A stretch of DNA of 43,076 nucleotides, from the NCBI GenBank assembly GCA_964498105.1, contig CAZCGD010000566.1:1-43076 (forward strand), in the 5' to 3' direction. This DNA comes from an uncultured Streptomycetaceae bacterium (GTDB lineage: Bacteria; Pseudomonadota; Gammaproteobacteria; Burkholderiales; SG8-41). This document shows positions 1 through 10,434 of this stretch, piece after piece. The first letter of the stretch is position 1. Every line of letters starts with the position of its first letter. The translations under genes and the position numbers were made by a program. The notes beneath the pieces were generated by a model that saw nothing but the letters and a program-made list of their open reading frames with translations, did not search any database and was not told the DNA's origin.

Positions 1-1
1 A

Positions 2-250
2 AGCCTCGGCGTGCGCCCGACCGTGAAGCAGGGCGGGGCGCCGGTGCTGGAAGTGCACGTGCTCGATTTCAGCGGCGATCTCTACCGCAGCCACGTGCGG
101 GTGGAGTTCCTGCACAAGTTCCGGGACGAGGAGAAGTACGCCGACCTCGCCACGCTCACGCGCAAGATCGCGCTTGATGTCGAAAACGCGAGAGCCTACT
201 TTAGCCGCCAAGACGCCAAGACGCCAGGGAAAACGAGTGTTAAGTTTTGA
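2..250 (+). CDS. ribF: Riboflavin kinase/FMN adenylyltransferase RibF, C-terminal fragment (5' end outside the window)
   Basis: The frame is open from the window edge to TGA 248-250. The translation GAPVLEVHVLDFSGDLYRSHVRVEFLHKFRDEEKYADLATLTRKIALDVENARAYF looks like the riboflavin-kinase C-terminus. The ribF-ileS-lspA-ispH order is conserved. Confidence 0.8.
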   Translation, partial: SLGVRPTVKQGGAPVLEVHVLDFSGDLYRSHVRVEFLHKFRDEEKYADLATLTRKIALDVENARAYFSRQDAKTPGKTSVKF

Positions 251-328
251 GTGTTTAGTTTTGAGTAAAAGACGGCCGCAAGAAAGCATGCTGCAACTCA
301 ACACTCAAAACTAAAAACTCAACACTGA
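236..328. repeat. AT-rich imperfect hairpin element, family A copy 1 (heptamer words TTTGAGT / ACTCAAA)
   Basis: Left arm agtgttaagttttgagtgtttagttttgagt (236-266). Right arm actcaacactcaaaactaaaaactcaacact (298-328). About 26 of 31 positions are complementary by hand alignment. The left arm overlaps the last ribF codons and its TGA. Confidence 0.75.
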
Positions 329-337
329 TCTTCTTCA

Positions 338-3214
338 ATGGCTGATTACAAGAAAACGCTGAACCTGCCGGACACGAAGTTTCCGATGCGCGGCGACCTC
401 GCGAAGCGCGAGCCGCTGATGCTCGCGAGCTGGCAGGATCGTGGTTTTTACCAGCGCATCCGCGCCGCGCGCCGCGGGGCGCCGCGGTTCGTCCTTCACG
501 ACGGGCCGCCGTACGCCAATGGCGACATCCACATCGGGCACGCGGTCAACAAGATCCTCAAGGACATCATCGTCAAGTTGAAGACGCTGTCGGGGTTCGA
601 CGCGCCGTACGTGCCGGGCTGGGATTGCCACGGCATGCCGATCGAGGCGCAGATCGAGAAAGAGCACGGCAAGAACCTGGCAACGAACGAGACGCAGAAA
701 CTGTGCCGCGCCTACGCCGCGGTGCAGGTCGAGCGGCAGAAGAAGGATTTCATCCGCCTGGGCGTGCTCGGCGACTGGGATCGTCCCTATCTCACCATGG
801 CCTATCGCAACGAGGCCGACGAGATCCGCGCGCTGGGGTCGCTGTTGAAAAAAGGCTACGTCTACCGCGGCTTGAAGCCCGTCAACTGGTGCTTCGACTG
901 CGGCTCGGCGCTGGCCGAGGCCGAGGTCGAGTACGAGGACCGAACCGACATCGCAATCGATGTCGGTTTCGCGATTCTCGACGAAGATCGCGAAAAACTA
1001 GGACGGGCTTTTGCGCTGGGTGATTCTCCCACAGGGCCAATCTACGCGGTTATTTGGACGACGACCCCCTGGACGCTGCCCGGCAACCAGGCGCTCAACG
1101 TCCATCCCGAGTTTACCTATAGCCTGGTGCGCACGGAACGCGGGCTGCTGATTCTCGCCGCCAATCTGCGCGCAGCTTGCCTCGCGCGCTTCAAGCTGGA
1201 TCAGCACGAGGTGCTGGGCGAGTGCACGGGCGAGGCGCTCGAAGGCTTCCGCTTCAAGCACCCGTTCTACGACCGCCTGTCGCCGGTCTACCTGGGGGAC
1301 TACGTTACGCTCGACACCGGCACTGGCATCGTGCATTCCGCCCCGGCCTACGGCGTGGAGGATTTCAATTCCTGCCGCCGCTACGGCATGAAGGACGACG
1401 AGATCCTCACGCCGGTGATGGGCGACGGCAAGTACGTCTCCACGCTGCCGCTCTACGGCGGCGAGATGATCTGGAAGGCGAACCCGAAGATCGTGCAGGC
1501 GCTCCAGGAACACGGCGTGCTGTTCGCGAGGCAGGACCACGTTCACAGCTACATGCACTGCTGGCGCCACAAGACGCCGGTGATCCTGCGCGCAACGGTG
1601 CAATGGTTCGCCGGCATGGACGAGGTGCCCGGCTATAACGGCGCGCAACCGGCGGAATCGTTGCGGGCGACGGCGTTGCGCGGCGTGGAGGCAACGGCGT
1701 TCTACCCGGGGTGGGGCAAGGCACGGCTCCACGGCATGATCGCCAACCGTCCCGACTGGACCCTGTCGCGCCAGCGGCAGTGGGGCGTGCCGATGCCGTT
1801 CTTCATCCACCAGGAGACCGGCGAGCTCCATCCGCGCGCGCTCGACCTGCTGGAGCAAGTTGCGAAGCGCGTGGAGCAGGGCGGCATCGAGGCCTGGCAG
1901 TCGCTTGATGCCGGGGAGCTGCTGGGCGACGACGCCGAGCGCTACGAGAAGGTCAAGGACACGCTCGACGTCTGGTTCGATTCCGGCTCGACCCATTGCA
2001 CGGTGCTGCGCGGCTCGCACCGCGAAGAATCCACGTTTCCGGCCGACCTCTACCTGGAGGGCTCCGACCAGCACCGCGGCTGGTTTCATTCCTCGCTCCT
2101 GGTCGCGTCCATGATGGACGGCGTGCCGCCTTATCGGGGATTGCTTACGCACGGATTCGTCATCGACCTCGAGGGCCGCAAGATGTCGAAATCCAGGGGC
2201 AACGCGATGGCGCCGCAGACCATCATGGATACGCTCGGCGCGGATATCCTCAGGTTGTGGGTCGCCAGCAGCGACTACTCGGGCGAGCTCACCATCTCGA
2301 GCGAGATCCTCAAGCGCGTCGTCGAGTCCTATCGCCGCATCCGCAACACGCTGCGCTTCCTGCTTGCCAACCTTGCCGATTTTGACCTTGCCCGCGACGT
2401 GCTGCCGGTGGATGAGTGGCTGGAGATAGACCGCTACGCCTGGGTGATGACCTATGACCTGCAAGCGAGCCTGGCGTCCCCCGAACCTGGCGTGAAGCAC
2501 CCGGCCGCGCCCGGGCACTACGGCAATTACGAGTTTCACCTGGTGGCGCAGAAGTTGCAGACCTTCTGCTCCGAGGAGCTCGGCGGCTTCTACCTCGACA
2601 TCCTCAAGGACCGCCTCTACACCGCGCCCGCCGGTTCGCGCGCACGGCGCTCGGCGCAGAACGCGCTCTATCACGTCACCCAGTCGCTGACGCGGCTGCT
2701 GGCGCCGATCCTGTCCTTCACCGCGCAGGAGGTGTGGGAACAGCTGGTGGGCGGTGGCAGCAGCGTGTTCGAGCAGACCTGGTACGAATTCCGGCTGCCG
2801 CGGGACGCCGCGCAGTTGCGCGAGCGCTGGACGAAGCTGCGCGGGCTGCGCTCGGACGTGCTGAAGCAGCTCGAGGCGCTGCGGGTGGGCGGGAGCATCG
2901 GATCCTCGCTGGCCGGAGAGGTTGAGCTGTTCGCGAACGGCGAAAACCGGGAGTTTCTCCGGTCGCTCGGCGACGACCTGCGCTTCGTTTTCATCACGTC
3001 GCAGGCGCGGGTGGCGGAGGGAGCGCCTGCCGACGCAGTGGTGGCCGCGGGCATGCCCGGTGTCAGGATCAGGGTAACGGCAAGCCCGCATTCCAAGTGC
3101 GAGCGCTGCTGGCACTATCGCGCGGACGTGGGCGGCAACACCGAGCACCCCGCGCTGTGCGGACGCTGCGTGTCCAATCTTTTTGGCGACGGCGAGCCGC
3201 GCCAGCATGCGTAA
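338..3214 (+). CDS. ileS: Isoleucine--tRNA ligase
   Basis: 958-aa ORF starting [21 protein letters not shown]. It carries a HIGH-type motif ([12 protein letters not shown]), KMSKS, and a C-terminal Zn-finger pair (CERCWHY...CGRC). Confidence 0.97.
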   Translation: MADYKKTLNLPDTKFPMRGDLAKREPLMLASWQDRGFYQRIRAARRGAPRFVLHDGPPYANGDIHIGHAVNKILKDIIVKLKTLSGFDAPYVPGWDCHGMPIEAQIEKEHGKNLATNETQKLCRAYAAVQVERQKKDFIRLGVLGDWDRPYLTMAYRNEADEIRALGSLLKKGYVYRGLKPVNWCFDCGSALAEAEVEYEDRTDIAIDVGFAILDEDREKLGRAFALGDSPTGPIYAVIWTTTPWTLPGNQALNVHPEFTYSLVRTERGLLILAANLRAACLARFKLDQHEVLGECTGEALEGFRFKHPFYDRLSPVYLGDYVTLDTGTGIVHSAPAYGVEDFNSCRRYGMKDDEILTPVMGDGKYVSTLPLYGGEMIWKANPKIVQALQEHGVLFARQDHVHSYMHCWRHKTPVILRATVQWFAGMDEVPGYNGAQPAESLRATALRGVEATAFYPGWGKARLHGMIANRPDWTLSRQRQWGVPMPFFIHQETGELHPRALDLLEQVAKRVEQGGIEAWQSLDAGELLGDDAERYEKVKDTLDVWFDSGSTHCTVLRGSHREESTFPADLYLEGSDQHRGWFHSSLLVASMMDGVPPYRGLLTHGFVIDLEGRKMSKSRGNAMAPQTIMDTLGADILRLWVASSDYSGELTISSEILKRVVESYRRIRNTLRFLLANLADFDLARDVLPVDEWLEIDRYAWVMTYDLQASLASPEPGVKHPAAPGHYGNYEFHLVAQKLQTFCSEELGGFYLDILKDRLYTAPAGSRARRSAQNALYHVTQSLTRLLAPILSFTAQEVWEQLVGGGSSVFEQTWYEFRLPRDAAQLRERWTKLRGLRSDVLKQLEALRVGGSIGSSLAGEVELFANGENREFLRSLGDDLRFVFITSQARVAEGAPADAVVAAGMPGVRIRVTASPHSKCERCWHYRADVGGNTEHPALCGRCVSNLFGDGEPRQHA

Positions 3215-3698
3215 GAACCGGCTCATGACGAAGTGGCTCGCACTCTCGGCGCTGCTGGTGGCGGCGGACCAGATCACCAAGGTCGTCGCCGTCCAGCAAC
3301 TCGCCCTGAACCAGGTCGTCGCGGTGACCCCGTTCTTCAACCTGGTGCTGGTGTACAACGCCGGCGCTGCTTTCAGCTTCCTGTCGGACGCGGGCGGCTG
3401 GCAGCGCGGCTTTTTCATCGGCATCGCGCTCATCGCCTCGGCGTGGATCGTCACCCTGCTGCGCCGCTACCCGCACCAGCGCCCGTTCGCGCTGGCGCTG
3501 TCGCTGGTCCTGGCCGGGGCGGTCGGCAACGTTATCGACCGGGTGCTGCACGGGGCGGTGATCGATTTCCTCGATTTTCACGCGTTTGGCTACCACTGGC
3601 CCGCCTTCAACGTCGCGGACTCCGCCATCACGTGCGGGGCGGCGCTGCTGATCTGGGACGCGCTCGTCCCGAGACGAGGGACGAGGGACGAGGGATGA
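3207..3698 (+). CDS. lspA: Lipoprotein signal peptidase (signal peptidase II)
   Basis: The translation has [16 protein letters not shown] and NVIDR...VIDFLDF motifs and four hydrophobic segments. ATG 3207 overlaps the ileS stop (ATGCGTAA). TTG 3183 and ATG 3225 are alternative starts. Confidence 0.9.
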   Translation: MRKNRLMTKWLALSALLVAADQITKVVAVQQLALNQVVAVTPFFNLVLVYNAGAAFSFLSDAGGWQRGFFIGIALIASAWIVTLLRRYPHQRPFALALSLVLAGAVGNVIDRVLHGAVIDFLDFHAFGYHWPAFNVADSAITCGAALLIWDALVPRRGTRDEG

Positions 3699-3708
3699 GC
3701 GACGAGGG
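3663..3708. repeat. Heptamer tandem repeat (ACGAGGG x5, 3674-3708) with an upstream complementary octamer CTCGTCCC (3663-3670)
   Basis: Direct reading: acgaggg acgaggg acgaggg atgagcg acgaggg. The lspA TGA (3696-3698) lies inside unit 4. The repeat encodes the tail RRGTRDEG. Confidence 0.8.
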
Positions 3709-3751
3709 GAACGGCGTATAATTTCATCTCCTTCTTCCGGTTAAGTAGCTG

Positions 3752-4672
3752 ATGCAAGTACTGCTCGCCAATCCCCGCGGCTTCTGCGCCGGCGTCGACC
3801 GCGCGATCGAGATCGTGGAGCGCGCGCTCAAGCTTCACGGCGCGCCGATCTACGTGCGCCACGAGGTCGTGCACAACAAGTTCGTGGTGCAGGACCTGCG
3901 GCAGAAGGGCGCCGTGTTCGTGGAAGATCTCTCGGAGGTGCCGCTGGGCTCGACGGTGATCTTCAGCGCCCACGGCGTGTCGCAGGCGGTGCGGCAGGAT
4001 GCCGACGCGCGCGGGCTCAAGGTATTCGACGCGACCTGCCCACTGGTGACCAAGGTGCACGTGGAAGTGGCGAAGATGCGCAACCGCGGGCGCGAGATCG
4101 TCATGATCGGCCATCGCGGCCACCCCGAAGTCGAGGGGACGATGGGGCAGAGCGAAAACGGCATGTACCTGGTCGAGCGGCCGGAGGACGTGGCCCGGCT
4201 CAAGGTGGATGACGAGAACAACCTTGCCTTCGTAACCCAGACCACGCTGTCGGTGGACGACGCGCAACTCGCCATCAACGCCCTGAAACAGCGCTTTCCC
4301 GCCATCGTCGGTCCCAAAAAAGACGACATCTGCTACGCCACGCAGAATCGCCAGGACGCGGTGAAGGCGCTGGCGCGGCAATGCGAAGTGGTAATCGTGG
4401 TGGGCTCGCCCAACAGCTCAAACTCCAACCGCTTGCGCGAGGTTGCCCAGCAGCAGGGCGTGGCGGCCTACATGGTGGACAACGCCTCCGAACTCAAGCC
4501 CGAATGGGTGGCGGGCAAAAGCGTGGTCGGTGTGACTGCGGGGGCATCGGCGCCCGAGGTGCTGGTGCAGCAGGTGGTCGACAAACTCGGTCAGCTTGGC
4601 GCCGCGCCCGCCACCGAGTCGCAGGGCATTGCCGAAAGAGTGGTGTTCCCGCTGCCGAAGGGCCTGGCCTGA
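3752..4672 (+). CDS. ispH: 4-hydroxy-3-methylbut-2-enyl diphosphate reductase
   Basis: 306 aa starting [23 protein letters not shown], typical of the IspH/LytB N-terminus. Conserved cysteines are present and the gene sits after lspA as expected. Confidence 0.95.
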   Translation: MQVLLANPRGFCAGVDRAIEIVERALKLHGAPIYVRHEVVHNKFVVQDLRQKGAVFVEDLSEVPLGSTVIFSAHGVSQAVRQDADARGLKVFDATCPLVTKVHVEVAKMRNRGREIVMIGHRGHPEVEGTMGQSENGMYLVERPEDVARLKVDDENNLAFVTQTTLSVDDAQLAINALKQRFPAIVGPKKDDICYATQNRQDAVKALARQCEVVIVVGSPNSSNSNRLREVAQQQGVAAYMVDNASELKPEWVAGKSVVGVTAGASAPEVLVQQVVDKLGQLGAAPATESQGIAERVVFPLPKGLA

Positions 4673-4809
4673 TGCCGGCGCTCGGCGCCGGCACCGCGAC
4701 CTCCGAACCCGTAGTAGCAAGTATTCCGCAACGTCGCGTCGGTCGCTTGCCCATCTCCGGGGTCAGATCCCCAACTGAAGTTGGGGCCCCTCTTCCTCCC
4801 TCCGGTGTG

Positions 4810-7800
4810 CTACTTGTCGCCGTGCGTATACCAGTAGGTGCGCAGCCGCTTCTGAGTGATCGCCGGCCGGACTCTTTGCGCGCCGATGGGCGAGCTGGCG
4901 CCCCCGGAGCGCTGGACGCCGCCGATCATGACCGTCACCGGCTTGCCGCCAACGAGCACTCTCCCCACTACCGGTGAAGGGGGCAGGCCACCGCCGAGAA
5001 ATACGCCGGAACGATCGGCCCCGCACAGCGATTCGGTGTTGACGGCGCCCGAGGCGTTCAACAGGTTCACCGCGTAGCCGCGCGCTTCTCCGAGATTGGC
5101 GCCGCACTGCCCGGGCGTGGCCGGCATCGGCCGGTTGGTGCTGAAGAAGATCAGGCCACCGAATATCGTCGCCGAGGTCACCGTCTGCTCGCCACGCCCC
5201 GTGTTGAGATCCATGTACCAGCCGTTCAAGCTGCTGCCCAGCGTCGTCGCGCACGTCGTGTTGCTCGTGAAGTTGGCCATGGTGCCGCCATCCAGATTCA
5301 CCGGCACGCTGGCAGTGGAGAAGGCGTCCACGTACATGTAGAAGCGATTCGCGATGCTCTCCACGTACGGGTAGTTGCTCTGGAGCGGGCGCTCCCGGTC
5401 CCCGGATCCGAGTGCGATGTAGACCCGGTCATTGGTGGCGAGGGCTGCCGGCGCGAACTGGAATTTGCGCCCGGCGCTGTTGGTTCGGGCCAGGTGATAG
5501 ATCGTCCAACTGGCCGCGGGGAGCGGCAGGCGGGTAGCCGGGTCGACAAAGTCGATGCGGTAGAGGTTGCCACCCGTGTCCGCCACGATCGCGTGGTCGA
5601 CCATGCCGTCGAAATCGCGGTCGACCAGCGTCACATCGGCGGTGACGCTCCGGAGGGTGTCAAAACTTGCAAGCAGGGCGCCGCTGCCGGCGTCGATCAT
5701 GTAAACCTTCTTGCCTTTGACGCCGGCGCCGGCACAGGACGGAACTGAGGTATCGGCGTCTTCGCACGCGTCGTTCCCGCCGCCCATGACGATCACCGGG
5801 TCGTTGCCGCTGTTCAAACCCTTGATTCGCGCCACGTTCGGGAACGACCAGGTCTGGCCGATCCCGGCGAAGCCCGCGGTGCAGCCGGCGTCGTTGGTGA
5901 GATTCGGGCAGCCTACTCGCCACTTGAGAGCGGGTGCAGTCGGAGAGGTCACGTCGAAGGCGTAGAGCATGCGCCCGCCGCGGCGCATTGTCGGGAAGAC
6001 CCAGACCTGGGAATTGTCCACGTTCTGGAACACCCCGACGGCGCCGTCGAAGAAGTAATCCTTGCTCTGCGAGGCGGCGGCGGGCGGCGTGCCCGGATAG
6101 GTGATCAGCGGGCCGTTGTCGGCCAATCGCTTCAATTTGCCGTGATGCTCCGGCGCGACGAACGCCCACAACTCGCGCCCGTCCGCGCCGGAAGTCGCGC
6201 GGAACGTGCCGTCGTTCGCTCCGTAGTAGACGACGACGCCGGTCGAGCCGCCGTAGTTAACCGGCAGCGGGCGCGAGTGCGCGACGTCGCCGTGGACCGA
6301 GGCCCGCACTTCCACGAGATCGGCGTTGGCGTTCTCATCGTTGACGTCCTTCCCGAGCGTATAGTCGATGATCCTCTGGTGCGCGGCCGCGTCCGCCGCC
6401 CCGACCGCCGCCTGGCTGACGTTGGCGGTGTTGAAGGGAAGCAGGCTCGCGCAACTGCCCGTGCTCGGGCACGTGAGCATGGTGCGGTTGACAGCGTATG
6501 AGGGCGTAACCGAGGCGGGATCATTGCCCCTTCTCAGGACCCCCGCCGCCGCGCCTTTCTCGACCAGCGGCCCGTCGGGCAGGTCGGAGAACGGGCCGGT
6601 GCTCGCGGTCGTGCACTGCCCCGCACTGATCGCGGAAAAGTTCCAGTAGGCTCCGCTGTCCTGGGTCCAGAAACTGGAGGCGCAGGACTGCAGGAAGCCG
6701 GTCGCGGCCGAGACTGCCTCAGCCCCATTCATGTCGGCGAGCTTGGCCTCCGCCCCGAACATCGCGACCTGGTAGCGTTTCAGATTGCCGTGCCACCGTG
6801 GCCTGCCGTCGGCGTCCGGGCGGAACATGCCGATGAACACCTGGTTTTCGTTCTGGGCGCGGTTGGTGGCGTTGATCGGCAGGCTTGCCGAGGCGAACAC
6901 GCTGTTCACCGCCTGAATCTCGACCAGGATCTCGCGCAGGGCGTTCAAGATTGCCTGCTCGCTGGTCGCCTGGAAATAGCGGCCGCCGCCGTGTTTCGCC
7001 ATGCTGTTGAGGAGCGCGGTCTGGCGCGCGTCCTGGGCGTCCTTGAATACGTCGATCGCGTAGACCGCGACGTTCTGCTGGCCGCCCTCGACGTTCACGT
7101 CGGTGGTGTACAAGTACTTGGCCCACTCGTCGGCGTAGCGCGTATCGCTCGCAGACGGCACCGCGGAAATGCCCGTCGGCGTCACCGAGAGGACGGTATT
7201 GCAACCGCTGTACTGACGTACCGTCTGAGCGCCCGAGCAGCCGGCAGTGCCCCCGGTATCCGAGCCCTGATAGCTGGCGAACCCGGGATTGGCGCTGATC
7301 ACGCTGGCCGGGACGGTGTTGCTGCTAGCGCACGCGCTCGCAAGCACCGTGCACTGCTGTGTGCTGGTCGTCGTGAACTGCGCCATCGGCAGCTGCCGCG
7401 TATCCCCCGCGACGCCGCTCAACAGGGTACTCGGCGAATCCTGCGTCGGGAAGCCGTTGCCGATGAAGATGATGTAGTTCTTGGTACAGCCGTTGGTTAC
7501 GTCTATTGGTGATCGATAAACGCGCTTGAACGGATCGGTCGCGCCGTTGACGTAGGCCGCCGGGTCGGATTTCGCGTCGGGGTCGCCCGAATAGCGGTCG
7601 GGTCCGAATTGGCTCGCGTTGACCGGCGTGCCCGCGATGCCGTTCTGGGCGTTCGCCGGGCTGGTGTAACCGCCGAAGTACTTGAAGGCCTCGAACAACC
7701 CGGCGCTGTAGTCGGTTTTCGCCGTGCCCACTTTTTCGGTTGGGGTGTCGAAGTTCTTGAACAGGCAGTTGGGCGTCCCGTTCAGGCTGTTCGACCCGTC

Positions 7801-8202
7801 GAGGCAACTGCTGTCACCGATCAGCTGCTGCAGCGCCGCCTTGTTCGTCGCGGCCATCTGGCGCACGTGGTAGCGGACGTAGGCGCCGTCCTTGTTGCTG
7901 CCACTGCCGGGCGTGAACAGCATGAGCCCGACGTTGACGCTATCGGTGAGCTCGCCGACCACGGTTCTCAGCGCGCGCAGCTCGGACTGTCCCTGCTTGA
8001 CCCCGCCGGCCCATTGCTGGCTCGCGGCCGACCAGTTGGCGCTGTTGTCGATGACGATCAGCACGTTGGGTCGGTTCGCGGCGGTCGCAGGAGACGAGCC
8101 GACGAAGAGGTCGATGTCCTCCGCGTTCACGGACGAGGGCGACGCGGCGACCAGCGCCAGCGCGAGGACGGTGCTGATCAGGCGGCTATGGAAGCTGGGC
8201 AT
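4810..8202 (-). CDS. pilY1: Type IV pilus tip adhesin/biogenesis factor PilY1 (module 1, 1130 aa)
   Basis: ATG 8202 is preceded by AGGAG. The signal peptide is MPSFHSRLISTVLALALVAASPSSVNA. There is an N-terminal vWA-like segment (VLIVIDNSANWS) and a C-terminal PilY1/PilC propeller signature (YYGANDGTFRA...ELWAFVP...YFFDG...MLYAFDVT). An EF-hand-like DRDFDGMVD is followed by GGNLYRID. The upstream part of the 1251-aa ORF was trimmed. Confidence 0.85.
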   Translation of the reverse strand: MPSFHSRLISTVLALALVAASPSSVNAEDIDLFVGSSPATAANRPNVLIVIDNSANWSAASQQWAGGVKQGQSELRALRTVVGELTDSVNVGLMLFTPGSGSNKDGAYVRYHVRQMAATNKAALQQLIGDSSCLDGSNSLNGTPNCLFKNFDTPTEKVGTAKTDYSAGLFEAFKYFGGYTSPANAQNGIAGTPVNASQFGPDRYSGDPDAKSDPAAYVNGATDPFKRVYRSPIDVTNGCTKNYIIFIGNGFPTQDSPSTLLSGVAGDTRQLPMAQFTTTSTQQCTVLASACASSNTVPASVISANPGFASYQGSDTGGTAGCSGAQTVRQYSGCNTVLSVTPTGISAVPSASDTRYADEWAKYLYTTDVNVEGGQQNVAVYAIDVFKDAQDARQTALLNSMAKHGGGRYFQATSEQAILNALREILVEIQAVNSVFASASLPINATNRAQNENQVFIGMFRPDADGRPRWHGNLKRYQVAMFGAEAKLADMNGAEAVSAATGFLQSCASSFWTQDSGAYWNFSAISAGQCTTASTGPFSDLPDGPLVEKGAAAGVLRRGNDPASVTPSYAVNRTMLTCPSTGSCASLLPFNTANVSQAAVGAADAAAHQRIIDYTLGKDVNDENANADLVEVRASVHGDVAHSRPLPVNYGGSTGVVVYYGANDGTFRATSGADGRELWAFVAPEHHGKLKRLADNGPLITYPGTPPAAASQSKDYFFDGAVGVFQNVDNSQVWVFPTMRRGGRMLYAFDVTSPTAPALKWRVGCPNLTNDAGCTAGFAGIGQTWSFPNVARIKGLNSGNDPVIVMGGGNDACEDADTSVPSCAGAGVKGKKVYMIDAGSGALLASFDTLRSVTADVTLVDRDFDGMVDHAIVADTGGNLYRIDFVDPATRLPLPAASWTIYHLARTNSAGRKFQFAPAALATNDRVYIALGSGDRERPLQSNYPYVESIANRFYMYVDAFSTASVPVNLDGGTMANFTSNTTCATTLGSSLNGWYMDLNTGRGEQTVTSATIFGGLIFFSTNRPMPATPGQCGANLGEARGYAVNLLNASGAVNTESLCGADRSGVFLGGGLPPSPVVGRVLVGGKPVTVMIGGVQRSGGASSPIGAQRVRPAITQKRLRTYWYTHGDK

Positions 8203-8231
8203 GGCGGCTCCTGGTGGTGTCCGGCCAACGC

Positions 8232-8798
8232 TCACGGGCAAGCGCTGGTCATGTCGTCGGCGCTGATGCGTACCGCAACGCCTTGCGTTACTGTCACCCT
8301 GGTGCGGGAGGCTGTCGCGCTGGCATCCGCGGTGATGTCCCAGGCCGTATTGGCGCATAGCGAGTCGCCGCTCCCGACGCCCGCGATGCCGAACTGCTGG
8401 GCCTGGCCCGCCGCGCAACCCAGGTCCTCGGCGTTGGAGAGGGTGAGTTCGCTCACCTTGATCGCTTTCGCCGAGACGCACGAAGGCGCGGGATTGAGCC
8501 GGGTGGTGTAATCCGGCGTGCCGTCGCCGGTGAGATCGGTGCACAAGGTATTGGCGGTCCCGCACGGATTGAGCACGGCGTTGGCCGGGTTCGCGATGAA
8601 CTGCGGAGTGCTGATCACCGTCTCGATCGCCTGCTGCGCGGCGTGGAGCGCTTCACCGCGAGACTGCATGTTTCCGACCACCTTGAGGTTCATGCTGGTG
8701 GTGCCGAACGAGCTCACGGCGAGCAGCGTGATCACCACCAGCATGATGAGCGCGATGACCAGCGTCGCGCCTTCCTGTCTGCGAATTCCCGCGTTCAC
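8232..8798 (-). CDS. pilX: Type IV minor pilin PilX (module 1)
   Basis: GTG 8798 overlaps the pilW stop (GTGA). The N-terminus VNAGIRRQEGATLVIALIMLVVITLLAVSS is a PilX-type hydrophobic N-terminus lacking Glu5. The gene lies between pilW and pilY1. Confidence 0.75.
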   Translation of the reverse strand: MNAGIRRQEGATLVIALIMLVVITLLAVSSFGTTSMNLKVVGNMQSRGEALHAAQQAIETVISTPQFIANPANAVLNPCGTANTLCTDLTGDGTPDYTTRLNPAPSCVSAKAIKVSELTLSNAEDLGCAAGQAQQFGIAGVGSGDSLCANTAWDITADASATASRTRVTVTQGVAVRISADDMTSACP

Positions 8799-9832
8799 GG
8801 CCGGTCCCTCCTGCCGGCGGGATTCACGATCCGCGCCGTCGCGGTGTAGACGTGCCGGCGGTAGCTGTCGTTCGGCGGTCCCACGGTGATCGCATTGCCT
8901 GCGGCATCGGGTCCCAGAGAGTAGGTCTTGGTGTCGCTGTAGCCGGGCGAGCGATCCAGGCTCCGCGCCAGGACGTGGAGCTGTGCGGTCACGACGTTGG
9001 ACCAGTTGTTGACTGCCGTGCACACGGTGCAGCCGCCGTAGGTGTAACTGGTCGGGTCGGCCGTGTACGCATCCGGCTGGCCGTCGCCGTCGTTGTCGAT
9101 GCCGTACACGATGTTCATCTCCTCGATTCCTTCGACCAACGGTACCTGCGCCATCGTCGAGCCCGTCAACTCCAGCCGCATGAGGGTGGGAATGTTCTGG
9201 CCCGCGCGATTGTTGGCGCTGATGAAATAAACGTTGACCACGTACTCGCGCAGCGCCGCAGGCGTGGTGCAGTCCTTGCGCGTCAGCGGGAACGCCGTCG
9301 TGCCGAACAGCCCCACGACGGTCGGGGTCGTCTCGGTGTTGCACAGGGAGGACTGCACGTACGGCTTGCCGGAAATCGTGGCCTCGCAGCCCGCGACGCC
9401 CGCGGCGCACGTCTTGACGCGCCGTACGACCAGTATGTCGGTATTCGCCTTGATGTCCGGCGGCACGCAGGCCGGCGCCCCGAAGCCGCCGTCGTAACCC
9501 TGGACGTGGATGGGCATGGCCGCTGCCCACTCCGCCGGCACGGTCGAGCACGGGTCGGGCAGCGCCGCGGGGGCCGCGAGCGCCGCTACGTTGGCCTCGC
9601 CGTAGTATCCTGCGACCCGCAAATCGTCGGAGAGCAGTTCCACGGCATAGCGCGCGTTCTCGATCTGACGGCTGCTGCGCTCGAGCTCGCCGCGCGCCGA
9701 GCTTGCGTTCGAGAACACGACAAGGAGGGTCGCCAGCAATATGAAACCGATCGCCATCGCGACCATGAGTTCGACCAGCGAGAAGCCGTCCGCGCGCGCG
9801 CGCGCGGAAAGCACCCGCTGTCGGAAATTCAT
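8795..9832 (-). CDS. pilW: Type IV minor pilin PilW (module 1)
   Basis: The prepilin leader and cleavage motif is MNFRQRVLSARARADG|FSLVELMVAMAIGF, with Glu at +5. It is about 345 aa, PilW-sized. An alternative ATG at 9847 would overlap the pilV stop (ATGA). Confidence 0.8.
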   Translation of the reverse strand: MNFRQRVLSARARADGFSLVELMVAMAIGFILLATLLVVFSNASSARGELERSSRQIENARYAVELLSDDLRVAGYYGEANVAALAAPAALPDPCSTVPAEWAAAMPIHVQGYDGGFGAPACVPPDIKANTDILVVRRVKTCAAGVAGCEATISGKPYVQSSLCNTETTPTVVGLFGTTAFPLTRKDCTTPAALREYVVNVYFISANNRAGQNIPTLMRLELTGSTMAQVPLVEGIEEMNIVYGIDNDGDGQPDAYTADPTSYTYGGCTVCTAVNNWSNVVTAQLHVLARSLDRSPGYSDTKTYSLGPDAAGNAITVGPPNDSYRRHVYTATARIVNPAGRRDRP

Positions 9833-9843
9833 GGCAGCGTGCC

Positions 9844-10434
9844 TCATGGCGTCACGCACAGCCCGGTGGTTGGGTCGTTCTGCAGGCAGCCGATCGTGAC
9901 GCGGGCGATCAGGGCGCGCCGTGTCTGCTCGTCGCCATACAGTCCCTGACCGCAAATGGTGGAGGCGGGCGCCACGGTGCGCACCATCCCCTGCCACGTC
10001 ACGGCGATCACGAACTCGCGCGGCATGGTGGCGACGACGTTGGCGATGCAGCCGCGCGCGCCGATCATCCCGCCGGCCGACTGCCCGCTCGCCGTGCTTT
10101 CTGCCGTGCCGAGCAGCGCGTTGTTCCACTGGCAGAGGTCGAGCGCGGCGCTGGTGAGCCCGGTGCAATCCTGCACCGCGTTGCCGGTGCCCAGCGCCCC
10201 GGCGGTGGCGTAGTTCACCGCGTTGTTGCGGTTGGCGTTGACGCGATCCACGATGTCCTGAAGCAGCAGGATCGCGTGCGACCGGTGGTACGACTCGGCC
10301 TGCGCCAGATGCATGCGCGCCTGCATTCCCGAAACGCCGAGAAGACCGAAGGTGAGGATCACGACTGTGATCAGCACCTCGATCAGGGTGGCGCCGCGCC
10401 CGATTTTATCCGGACGATTCTGTAGCTTGCGCAT
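9844..10434 (-). CDS. pilV: Type IV minor pilin PilV (module 1)
   Basis: MRKLQNRPDKIGRG|ATLIEVLITVVILTFGLLGV is a prepilin N-terminus with Glu5. ATG 10434 overlaps the upstream stop (ATGA). Confidence 0.8.
   Translation of the reverse strand: MRKLQNRPDKIGRGATLIEVLITVVILTFGLLGVSGMQARMHLAQAESYHRSHAILLLQDIVDRVNANRNNAVNYATAGALGTGNAVQDCTGLTSAALDLCQWNNALLGTAESTASGQSAGGMIGARGCIANVVATMPREFVIAVTWQGMVRTVAPASTICGQGLYGDEQTRRALIARVTIGCLQNDPTTGLCVTP

Noticed and set aside
251-337. T-box or attenuator leader upstream of ileS
   Set aside because: The spacer is only 87 nt and is almost fully occupied by the family A hairpin. No specifier or T-box consensus is visible, and proteobacterial ileS genes are not known to use T-boxes.
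998-3454. 818-aa ORF antisense to ileS and lspA
   Set aside because: It lies entirely opposite a confidently identified essential gene. The Arg/Ala/Gly/Pro-rich translation is typical of stop-free antisense frames in high-GC DNA, and no recognisable motif is present.
4674-4786. Two hairpins between the convergent ispH and pilY1-1 genes as intrinsic terminators: gccggcgc-tcg-gcgccggc at 4674-4692 and ccccaac-tgaa-gttgggg at 4769-4786
   Set aside because: The stems are real, but neither is followed by a U-tract on either strand. I do not call them terminators. They could be Rho-dependent pause sites or REP-like structures.
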